From Bispira polyomma (lineage: Eukaryota): a DNA stretch of 64,000 nt. Under the pieces are notes generated by a model, which saw only the letters and a list, made by a program, of their open reading frames with translations, did no database searches and had not been told where the DNA came from. Where the stretch lies: contig OZ287751.1 in assembly GCA_965649765.1 (NCBI GenBank), forward strand, positions 72,602,001 through 72,666,000, in the 5' to 3' direction. The translations under genes were made by a program, and so were the position numbers. How positions within the stretch are numbered: the first letter of the stretch is position 1; the number at the start of each line of letters is the position of its first letter. Shown here piece by piece: positions 13,401 to 25,400 of this stretch.

Positions 13401-16400
13401 TAATCTTAGAAATGACATTAAAAAAGCTAGGACCGGAAATTGGAATTAACCGGACTTGGGGACTTTGACTATACAATATTAAAATAATTTAGGTAAATTA
13501 TCAGTTCTTTAAGGAGTAACATATTGTTTTCTTGACTATTTTAGCTGAATTATCAGTTCCTCAAGAAGTGTGTGGAGAGCGCCCCTATCACCCCCATGCA
13601 GGACGAGTACTTTGAGAATATTCTGAAGCTGATCCCTGAACACCTCCAAGTGGGGCGAGACTACAGGGCATACATCAAAGAACTCTTTGAGGAGGTCAAC
13701 AAGGACTTTGACAAGAGCATGAAAAAGTCTCAAGGTCAGTGTCAGTCAAGATAACTCAAGATTTGATTTCATTGGTCGTATACCAGGGATGAGGCGCTAC
13801 TCACAGTATCTTAGGATTTCTATTATTTTTGCATTTAAACATGACTGACTAAAACAGTAATTTCGAAAGTTTGGAATTTTTAAATATAAAACAGAGGCAA
13901 ACTATCTACAGTAGACCCTCTATTATCCACACATGTTGGAAGAGAAAGATTTGTTTCAGATAATCGAAGGTTCATAAAATAGAAAAGGTATTTCTGTAGA
14001 AAACAATAGGAAAACATAACTTTGGGAGAGTGAAACTAAGTTCATCAAGTCAAAAATTTGGAAAACAGCAGTTTGGATAACAGAGGTTCCACTTAATATT
14101 GAACCATAAAAATGGGTTTTGTGTATTGTATGTGGTCAAATTTCAAAGTTTTAAGTACTTTTTATTCAGTTGTAGTGAGAATAGACATATTTATTTTGAT
14201 TAGTTTTTATTGCTGTTCTTATAGCAAGTTCGATTGGTTATCACTAGGTATAGTTTTAGGCAATATCCCAGATTCGAAACAGCTTTTTAGGATTGGCAAC
14301 TAGGGAGTAAATTTTAGGCACTGTCCCTGTGACAAACTGTCCATGTATATTGTTGAAAAACTTTTCACTAGGAATTACCTGTTGTCACTAATAAGTTTAT
14401 GTAGTGACACTGCAGAGCGAAAAATTTGAAATTTATTAATCTTTTTAATAGAAATGGATCAACAGTGAAAATAAATTGAGTAAATTGTTATAATTTAATG
14501 TATTTGTTGTCAATGAGTTGAAATTTTGCATTTTAGCACCCAACCTTTCCCGTTATTTTTTTTCCCCTATAGCTTCAGTAAATCTTGCAACCTATTTACA
14601 ATTTTGATAAAAGTGACTTTGTTGTTGGTACTTGACTTTTTTTTCCTCAATCACTCTAGCTTAAGGCCATACCATATTGTCTCAGCTTAAATAGTTTACA
14701 AAGTTGCCTTTGCCATTTGGCCATGTATTCCATGTCTAAATAAGAGGTAGATTCTACAGATAGAAGTTCTTAAACTTTGGGAAAACGTGACACTAGTTAT
14801 ATACGCAGTAAAGTTTTAAATTGCCCAACAGACTAATACCCCATTACTTAATTTATATTGTAGCAGATCTGGATATTAAGTCTAATACAGCTAGAGTCTA
14901 GTGGAATATATTGATTGTCTGATATCGAGCTGTGCGAGCTGTGCGATATATTTACCACTCAGTGCATATTTTATAGGCAAACTAAGCTCACTTTCTATGC
15001 ATAATTAATTAACTATACAGTACCACATATTTGAGAATGGACTTATCTTATCTGTGATCAGTAAAGAGTGGGCTAGGGTGATTTTGGGTGAGCTAGAACT
15101 CAGGCACAAGCCAGAATATATAGCCTTGTTATCTTATCAGTTGATCTGTGAGCCAGAATTTGGACTGGTTAATAGACTGAAGTTACCAGAAATATATTGT
15201 TTTCACTGTGGACTTACATTATGTAATCTAGCTAGTATAAACTATAACTGACCTTGTGTAAAGTGGTTTCTAGGGATTTTGTTGTATAAATATTGATTCT
15301 ATGTTGTTTCTGAGCCAGTTTATGGAATTAATTTGGCTGCTGTCAGCCATGTTTGACAGTTACTTGTTGATATCTTCCCAGACAGGAAGTGAAGTACGAG
15401 ACTAAAACAAAGTTTAGTAGAAGTTTATATTAACAGTTTAGGGCTATTAAACAGGGTAAACTGCTTTATAAATGTTATATAATATTGTTATTTAGTATAT
15501 TTAATTATTAGAATGATTACTTAGGCATTTATACTTGGTTCTAGAAATTTAGTTTAGCCTTAGAAATGTATTGATTAGTACAATTCTCCGTGACTGAGCA
15601 CAGAGCATGTCAGATCTCCTGGTTACAGCATACATTATATGACCTCTGTGCTCTGTGAATTTGGCGGAGTCAGTCTGGAAACTCCCTGTGTGAACAGTTA
15701 TTCTTACAACTCTTCAGCATTTAAAAGTTATTAGATCAGCTTTCAGATATTAACAGTTAGCAATTTTATTGATAGTTTAATAATAATTGGGACCACTTTG
15801 ATAACTCCATATATTATTTTAGGCCCATTTTGACAGATATTAATTTGGCGGTAATTATGGTGAAGGTCATGTAAACATTACCCAAATTTGGACATCCTAC
15901 TACAAATTTATCTTCTGGTAGTATTTTATAGTAAAATACAGTGAATTACGTGTGTGATATATTTTTTTTAACTGTTATAAACAGATGCGACAGTACAGCT
16001 AATGTACAAAATAGACTGTTCTTACTCATAGATGTCAGTACATTTATTTATTCTGTAAATATCTACTTCATGTATATAAAATTATACCCAAATTACTGAC
16101 TAATATTTAAATAACTGGTTAGTGGGAAGTTTAACTACAACTAGCTGTGTAGTCATTATAGTTATAAATATTACTAAATATCTTATTGTATATAAATAAA
16201 TCTAGACTACTTAAGGTCATTGTTGAATTGACTGTTTTTATTTGAATAAGTCACTTAAGGGCAACCCTATTTAAACACCTATCCAAAAACTAATTAAGAT
16301 CTTAAGGAAAAAAAAATAATAGACAATACACACACATTCACATCACTTATATCAAGTGTATAGACTGCACCACAATAGGTCTATATAGAGATTAGAGAGA

Positions 16401-19400
16401 GACTACATCACTTCATAAGTATATAGACTGCCCCATAATAGGTCTATATAGAGATTAGAGAGGAACTACATCACTTCAGAAGTATATAGACTGCACCACT
16501 ATATGTTTATATAGAGATTAGAGAGAGACTACATCACTTTATAAGAGATAACTAAACTTAGTCATATCTACAACGTGTGACAGCAGAAATATACTAGCTC
16601 CTACCATTTAAATAAGTAGACCGCTCGTCCGTTACATACAATATATATAACTTTTTGTTCTAAAGGACACTTGTTAAGTTCAATGTAATGCAGTACCTGT
16701 ATATTTGGCCAAGGAATTAGCTAGTATTGATCTGTTTTTGTGCTTAATCAACAAGAAAATCAAGATTATTTGACTGTTTGTAACAATTATATTGGATGTC
16801 TATAAAGTTACTAGGATTTAATGGTTAATTTAAGAGATTGATAAATAATTTCAGTATATTCCAAATTTCCAATATGTGTTGTCAGCTGACTACATGATTG
16901 TCATAAGTGCAAGCTAGCAATTCTTAACATAATTTCTTCAGCCAATAAGTAACCAGGTTTTACTTAAAACATGTTTTGCAACATATTTAGAGAGATGTGC
17001 CAGTTTAGTGATAGATGATATGCAGGGCTACAGATTATTTTTGGTTCAGTGGGTACTTTAGTCCTCAATAAAATTAGAAAGCTAGAAATCATCTAAGAAT
17101 TGAGTAAAATTGCTTTAATTAAAATAATAATCACATTATTCAACTGCATACTTCGTTTGCAAGTCACACTTTGAAATATAAACTAAAGTCTTATGTTTAC
17201 TCATGTTTGTAAATACAGTATTAGGAAGTATTATTTTATATGGAGTGGAATTGTATTTGCCTTTTAAAATACGCATATTAGAATACTCGGTACACTAGCC
17301 TATCTGTCGCTCTGTTAATATCTAATCCTCTTCATCATTCAAAAGTATCACCTGCAAAAGTTAAAAAAATTTCTATCCTTCCTGGTTTTTGTCCCTCTAT
17401 CGACCTCCAATTCCTTCGTTAACAGCCTTCACCCCTAAGATTTTTCTAAATTCCCAGAAACCATCAACCTCCTCCTATATAAAGCTGCTGTGCTGGGCGA
17501 TTTTAAAAATACAGTCGACATCAATACCACAGTCCCAGAAACCATCAACCTCCTCCTACATGAAGCTACTGTGCTAGGCGATTTGAAAAATGCAGTCAAC
17601 ATCAATACCACAGTCACTAAAGACTTCAACACCCTTTTAGGGACTTTTAAATACACACAGTTTGTCTTCAGTATTACCCATCTCCACAATCATATCTTAT
17701 ACCTCAATATTATATTGACAGTCCAGCTCTCCCTTGTAACACCTGATATGAGGGGGTTATAGTCTGTTGTATTGTATTTACAGTCCAGCTCTCCCTTGTA
17801 ACGCCTGATATGAGGGGGTTATAGTCTGTTGTATTTACAGTCCAGCTCTCCCTTGTAACGCCTGATATGAGGGGGTTATAGTCTGTTGTATTGTATTTAC
17901 AGTCCAGCTCTCCCTTGTAACCCCTGATATGAGGGGTTATAGTCTGTTGTATTGTATTTACACTCCAGCTCTCCCTAGTTAAGCCTGATGTGAGCGGGTT
18001 AGAGAATGATGTTATATTCTGTGTATTGTATTTACAGTCCAGCTCCCCCTTGTAACCCCTGATGTGAGGGGTTATAGTCTGTTGTATTGTATTTACAGTC
18101 CACCTCTCCCTAGTTAAGCCTAATGTGAGTGGGTTAGAGGATGATGTTATAGTCTGTGTATTGTATTTACAGTCCAGCTCTCCCTAGTTAAGCCTGATGT
18201 CAGAGGGTTAGAGGATGATGATGTGGGACCTCCTCCTGAGGAGCAGACAGGTCTGGATTACTCCCGACCCTGGCATGAGGATTACGTGGCTAATAAAGAG
18301 GAAATCCGTGCCAACCTGCACACACTGCACCCCTCCATGCAGATAGTACTCAACATGTGTCAGCAAACACTGGAGAGCATGCTAGTGGTGGACTGCTCAG
18401 CCTACAGGTAAAACTGGGTGATTTTGGGAGTACAACTAGTAATGGTTTAAGGTCAACCCCTTGGTGACCTTGTCTGTCAGCTAGCAGTCAACGGACATTT
18501 CTATTTGCGAGTGCCATGTCTGTTAGACAGCAGTTGACAGTATAAAATATTATTGTATAGCTCCCTCACCTGTTATACACTTTACCAGAATACAGGGATA
18601 TGCAACAAAATATACTGGATTACATTCGTTGTTTTACCTCTCGGGAAATGGTTTCGATTAGACCACTAGTAAATCATATCACCTTGCTAGGTAATAAACT
18701 GTCACGTCAAAAACCCCCTTATGTTTAAGTGATAAGCCTGCAAAATGTATTCCTAATCCCCTCTGCCTGTAGACACAATCAGATGATTCAAGGACATAAG
18801 CCCCTCCCCCCCCACCCCTTATTTTCAAGGGATAGCAAAAGCTGCCCCTACATAGGACAAATTCCCCCTATCACAAATATATTAAGAAGTACATCTTGAC
18901 TGATTTTATGATTTTTTAAGTATTAGTTTTTAGTATTATCAATTGAATTATAATAATCCTGATTACAATAATCATTTAACCTCATTGTAGAGTTATTAGT
19001 ATCAAAGACAAAAAGAATTGTGATAAAAGCTTTAAAGTTGAGGATGACAAGTTATGAGTAGAAAAGAGGGTTTTTGACGGTTTAAACCAGTTTTTGGCGG
19101 TTTAATTTAGTTTTTGACACCTTCGCGTCAAAAACAAGTTTTAGACGTCAAAAACCCAACCCTCTACCTTGGAGATTGTGCATTTAGCTCAGCAGCGCTA
19201 TGATTGTGGGACAGTCTGCTGATCAAGTTGAGATGTTGCAACACGGTTTTAGCCTTGAAAAAACAAAGTAAAAACCTACTTATTTAAATCAATGTACAAC
19301 CATTAATATGTTTTAATTCTTATACAGTAGACTCTGTATGATTAGAACCAGTGTAGGTCGAATTTAGGTATAAGTGGAACCAGTTTTTAGGTCCCAACAT

Positions 19401-22400
19401 CAGAAAATGCTGTATTTTTAAAGGTATAAGTGGCAGTTTGCTATAACTAGAACCAAATCCTGTGGATATTGAAGGTTCTACTTACACAGAGTCTACTGTA
19501 CTATTAAAATTGTAAAGCGCTAGGTAATAGGTGCTGTATGAATATAAATGTACTCTAATATATAACACAGACTGTACTGTGTATTTTCAGAGTGTCTGGT
19601 CCGATGGAGTTTGAGAGTCTGCGTAATAACGTCATCCTGGAGTGTGAGAAAAATGAGGAGAAGTTAACTACCAGATGGCTGCCCAATATCATCAACATCT
19701 ACGCAGACAAGACAAACTTTTCCAGCGTAGCCGCCAACAAGGCAGACAGGTTCTTTAGTTGTGTGTCCACACTCATCTCAAACCAGGTAAACACTAAGGG
19801 TACAGAGCTTGAATTACTATTACAAAAGATTCAGTGCTTTTTTATTGTCAGGTACAAAAGTGGGGTACTAATTTAAGCGAGTTCTCCCTATTATTGTCAC
19901 AAATTTATTATCCCACTACATTTTGCTACAAAAAATGGCTTCAGGCTACTTGTTAAATTCACAGACTGTTTAGTTGTCCTTTGAGATTAATAGATACAAT
20001 AAAATATTATGCAGTATTTCCTTGAAGAAACAGTTTAATTATATTTATGTAGTTCTTTTACTGTACTTGGAGTTTCCCAAACTTCTCCTTGCTTTAAAAA
20101 AACTTTATTCTAATATGACAAAGTTGTGTCCTTGATTCTGAGTGGTAAAATTTGCAAATCATTATTTTTATGAGTTCCTCTAGAAATATGATATAATTTT
20201 GAATACAGCAAGAAACAGGTAATATTTCTAATCTGTCGTATTAGAATCTGACCTTTCCATTTGACAATGTCTCTAGTTGTGCTAAAATTCTTTGTACTTC
20301 TATGGTTTTGTTGTGGCACTTAAACAAAGCCCCCCAAAATGTTGATGAGATTTATAACAACAATCTGGTATAACCTGGATGTATTTGTACAGCTAAAGGA
20401 CATGTTAGTGAGGTCCATTGAGGGCTGGGTGGACTTGTTTGATGAAGGAAACATGGAGAAGCTTCCCATCCTTAAGATGGAGTTGGTGTTTGATGACAAC
20501 AAGATGCAGTTTTACCCTTCCTTTGAGGATCTCGAGGAACTGGTGTTGTTTGTGGTGGACGAGATCACACGTACATTACAAAGTGTGAGTTAGTTATACT
20601 AAATAGACTAAAACATAATGTGTGTGTAGTTAGTGTTGCGACGATCTTTACAGAAATTGAAAGTTCAAATACTGATTAGCTTTTGAAAACAAAGTTTGGA
20701 GCCAGTTTGGTAAAATTTGCATGTTCCAAAATTCTAGTAATTCATTAAAATGTTCTATTATCGCCCGCAAAGTAAGTGAAACTATGTTTACGGTTTTCAG
20801 TTGTTTATACAAACAAAAACAATGGCAAGCCATAATTTTAATGTATTTTATTCTTTTTCTTTGAGTTTAAAAAAAAAAGGCAAGAAATGTTTGTAAAAGT
20901 CCTAGTTAAGTGCAGTATAATTGAAAATACTGCAACACTATACAATCTTTTGTATTACAAATAAGTCAAAATACAACAATTGTGAGACATTTTAACTCAT
21001 GCTACTTATGTTTAAGTGATAAACAAAATGCCTGTAGAAACAATCAGATGATTCAAGGACACAAGCCCCCACCAGATTTTGACGGTTTAAACCTAGTTTA
21101 TGATGTCGTCACGTCAAAAATAGGTTTTAGACATCAAAAACCCCAACCCTGGACCTAAGAGTTACATGTGAAGAACATTTGGAAGAATCCCAATAATTGA
21201 GGGTGTTTACAGGCTACACATTCGATCAGTTGTGTCACTGTCTTGTGTTTTATTATGGTACTGTCATTACTAGGGATATCTATCATTTTCGAGTGGCCTA
21301 GTTGTTAGACACGCCTGCATCAAAATCACTGGCCTTTCACCAATATGAATTCCTCTTGTTCCTTCATGTGGGAAAGTTTGTCGGTACTTGCGGCAGGTCA
21401 GTGGTTTATAGTGTTTCAGCACTGGTTTCTTTTAACATTGAAGCTAATCGTCGGTGATAGGACCCAAGCTGTTGAAAGCGACATAATCACAACTAGATTA
21501 AAAAATTTAAATTCTATCATTTGGGCATTGATGTAAGTGTTTACGCAGTGTTTCTGCCTATGTTCTGTACACAGGTGCCCACAATACAGTCGTGGCTGGC
21601 AGGTGGGGCCAACACACAGAATGTAGACGCTCAAGTGGCTGACCACATTATACAGCTGGCTAAGACCAAGCTGAAGGAGGCTGTGAGGAGAAACTTTGAG
21701 GACCCCAGTGCTCACCTACAGTGGTTTGGTGAGTTGTGTACATATATATACAGTAGAACCTTTCTATTATCTGAACTATGAAGGAAGAGTTAGAAGGTTT
21801 TCAGATAATGAAGAATCATCAATTAGAAGTAGTAAAGTTTAGTATAAGAATGTAGGAAATAGAACATTTTGTAGAGCATATTAAATAGTTTATTTAATAT
21901 ACCCCTATTATCTGAATTGTTTTTGGATAGGCTAGGGTTTATTTTGATGATAGAAAGTTTATATATGTGAGGTATTTTTTTTAAAACAATAGAAGAGGAT
22001 AAATTTGAGAGAATAGAAATGAGTCCATTAAGTCATATATTTTGATATTAGAAGTTTGGATAATAATGGTTCCACTGTATTTTAGAGAATTGAAACCTAG
22101 AAGTCCGTTGCTCAGGGGTGTACAGGTGTAGAAAGTGTTTATTGCTGCCCCACCTTGTACAGTTTTAAGTTTCAAAACAAATCTAAAAATCTAAATTTTA
22201 CGATTGCTTTCTCTGAAAACTGTGTCAGGAATAGAATCTTATTGGCTTCCTGTCACTTTGAAATGATCGTTAGATCATCATCTATTACTTCTATATCCAC
22301 AGTTGACAAGTACAGCTGGATCAGTAATGGGGAGGCTGCGTCTCAGATCCAGGCTTACATGAAGGAGGAGCACACATTTGAGGAGTATTGTGAAGAGATT

Positions 22401-25400
22401 GACAAGTACAGAGACTTGTCCAAGGAGATCATGATTCTGCCCAGTATAGAACACTATGACATGATCCGCCTTGACTGTGAGGACTTAAAGCGCGGCCTCT
22501 CGGACATGGCCAAGGCACACGCTGATACTTTACTCAATAAGGTGGCTACAGACCACAGGGATGAGAACAGGAGGTAAATATAGGGGTTATGTAAGCTTTA
22601 GAATGCACCAAATAAACTAAAGGTGGCTATAGACCACAGGGATGAGAACAGGAGGTAACTCTAGGGGTTATGTAAGCTTTAGAGTGCACCAATTAACTAA
22701 AGGTGGCTATAGACCACAGGGATGAGAACAGGAGGTAAATATAGGGGTTATGTAAGCTTTAGAATGCACCAATTAACTAAAGGTGGCTACAGACCACAGG
22801 GATGAGAACAGGAGGTAACTCTAGGGGTTATGTAAGCTTTAGAATGCACCAATTAACTAAAGGTGGCTACAGACCACAGGGATGAGAACAGGAGGTAACT
22901 CTAGGGGTTATGTGAGCTTTAGAATGCACCAATTAACTAAAGGTGGCTACAGACCACAGGGATGAGAACAGGAGGTAACTATAGGGGTTATGTGAGCTTT
23001 AGAATGCACCAATTTACTAAAGGTGGCTACAGACCACAGGGATGAGAACAGGAGGTAAATATAGGGGTTATGTAAGCTTTAGAATGTACCAATTAACTAA
23101 AAATGGCTACAGACCACAGGGATGAGAATAGGAGGTAAATATAGGGGTTATATGAGCTTTTTAGAGTTTTTGTTTTTCTCAATTGGAAATGTGGAATAAG
23201 GAATTGATTTCAGATTTTGCATTTGAGAACCTGGGTTACTAATTTCAAAGACCTTACAGCATGGTCATGCACAAGTAAGGATGTGTTTTGTGAAGCTGTC
23301 AAAATAATTTGCCACATTTTAACTTGGTTTCTATAAAAGACATGGATCTATACTTTTGATGTATACACATTCTTGTTTTCTGTCACATTTAGCATCTGTG
23401 CAGACTTCCAGCTGATCATGGAGAGATCCCTGAAGGAGCCGGAGACATCAGAGGAACTCATGGACATGATCTCTTTTGTCAACAATGCCAGGAACGCAGG
23501 CATGATCAAACTTAACACTAAGATAAAGGTTAGTGGGTGTCTGCTGGAATCTGCAAAAACTTAAAACTACATGTATATACAGGAACACAAAGTTTGCAGC
23601 TTTGTCTTTATTAGACCTCTTGTATATTTAGAGAAAAAATTCTAAAATTTTCCACTGTATCTGTATTGCCCCACCCCTAAAATTTAAGCCAAATAAAAAA
23701 AAAAAACTAACGAAAAATAACTGGAATGTAGTTAAGTAAGGCAAAATAGTCCTAAAAATGTCAATTTTAGTTCATGCTACATACAAGCTTAAAACCTCTC
23801 TTTTTAACCGTGCCTACCCACCTTAACTTCCTTTGTACACGCTCCCACTTCTTTCCTTATGACTTTGCTATGCCCATGGACTCTACGATTGGAACAATGA
23901 TTCTGCTGTTGTGCTTTAGAAAATGCCTAGCATCAATAAAGCGCGTTAAAAATTCATAAGAATAATAACATGTTGCCCACAATTTTACTAATATCACAAC
24001 ATTATCTAGGTGGCTAATTTCAGATACAGTGGCGAATTTTAGATTCCTTAATCTATAAAACTTTATAGAATTTTTTTGTTACTTTTTCATTTTCATTTCT
24101 CCCGTTATAAATTACATTAGCGAGTGTTGTTATTTTCTGTAGGAGTCAAGTGACCGTATGCAGTACTTACTGGACGTGTACATCTTTGAGGATGAAGACC
24201 TACACCTAAACACTGATGTTCTCTTGTGGCCACAGAAAATAAACCCAGTCTACGACCAGAATGACGAGGTCAGGCTTTGAAGATTAAACTTAGTATTGTG
24301 TAAACAAATTACCCACTGGTTTACCTACTAATCTCTATAAATATATGGTGTTGACAGTGTTGTAGCATTGTTACTGATGTTAAATGAATGTCAAACTAAT
24401 ACCCTAGAATAGTAATGGTAATATTGGAAATTTAAAAACTTTAACAGTAAGAAGTACAAAACTGTGTCATATTTAGATGAAACATCATCTTTTGTGCTTC
24501 TGTAATACTATAAGATTAAATCTGTATATATAATATGCTAGAAGTCTGGCCAGTGTGTATAAGTTATAGCTGAGCTGATGTTTCACTGTATGTGTTTAAT
24601 GGATGGAGAGGTGATCTGTCCAATGACTAGGACTTACAATCTATGTTAAAACTGTGTGTAGAACTTCCATTCAGTCTGATGCCTTGTATTTATAGCTAGT
24701 TGAGTCCTCCAAACAGGCTGGTGAGAAGCAGCTACTGGAGAAGAAGGAGAAACTCATGCTTGAACTACAGAAAATCAAAGCCAGGGTGGACGAGTTTAAT
24801 GATTACGGGGAGCTGGACATGATGCAGCAATATGTACAGGTCAGTGCCAGGTCAAGGTCAATAGGTTTATTGAGGTCAAAGTAATGGTGTATGGGTTTAT
24901 TAAGTCAAGGTAATGGTGTATGGGTTTATTGAGGTCAAGGTAATGGTGTACAGGTTTATTAAGGTCAAGGTCATGGTGGATGAGTGTATGAGGTCAAGGT
25001 TAGGATGAATGAGTTGTTCAAGTCAAGGTCAGGGGTGGAAGAGTTTGTTAGTTCATCGTCAGGGTTTGATGGGTTTTTTAAGGTCAAAGTTAGAGTGGGT
25101 ATGTCACCTGACTGCAGTAAGTACAGGTCAGAATTAGGTCAAAGTCGAGATAGATGAGATTATTAGTTCGAGGTCAGAGTCGATGGGTTTATTGAGGGCA
25201 AGGTGGATGTGTGTACTGACAGCAGTATGTAAAGGCCAGTATTATTTCAAAGTCGGGGTAAATGACTTTATTGAGACCAAATTCAATGTGAATGAGTTTA
25301 TAAAGTCAAGGTCAGGTTGGAATATTTGATGGAGGTCAAGTTCACCATTGATGAGTTTACTACTTACAAGGACTGGGACATCATCTAGCAGTTTGTACAG

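Noticed and set aside
19511-19552. Isolated L2-like 3' tail motif (tgtaaagcgct...tataaatgt)
   Set aside because: Too short to call as an element with confidence.
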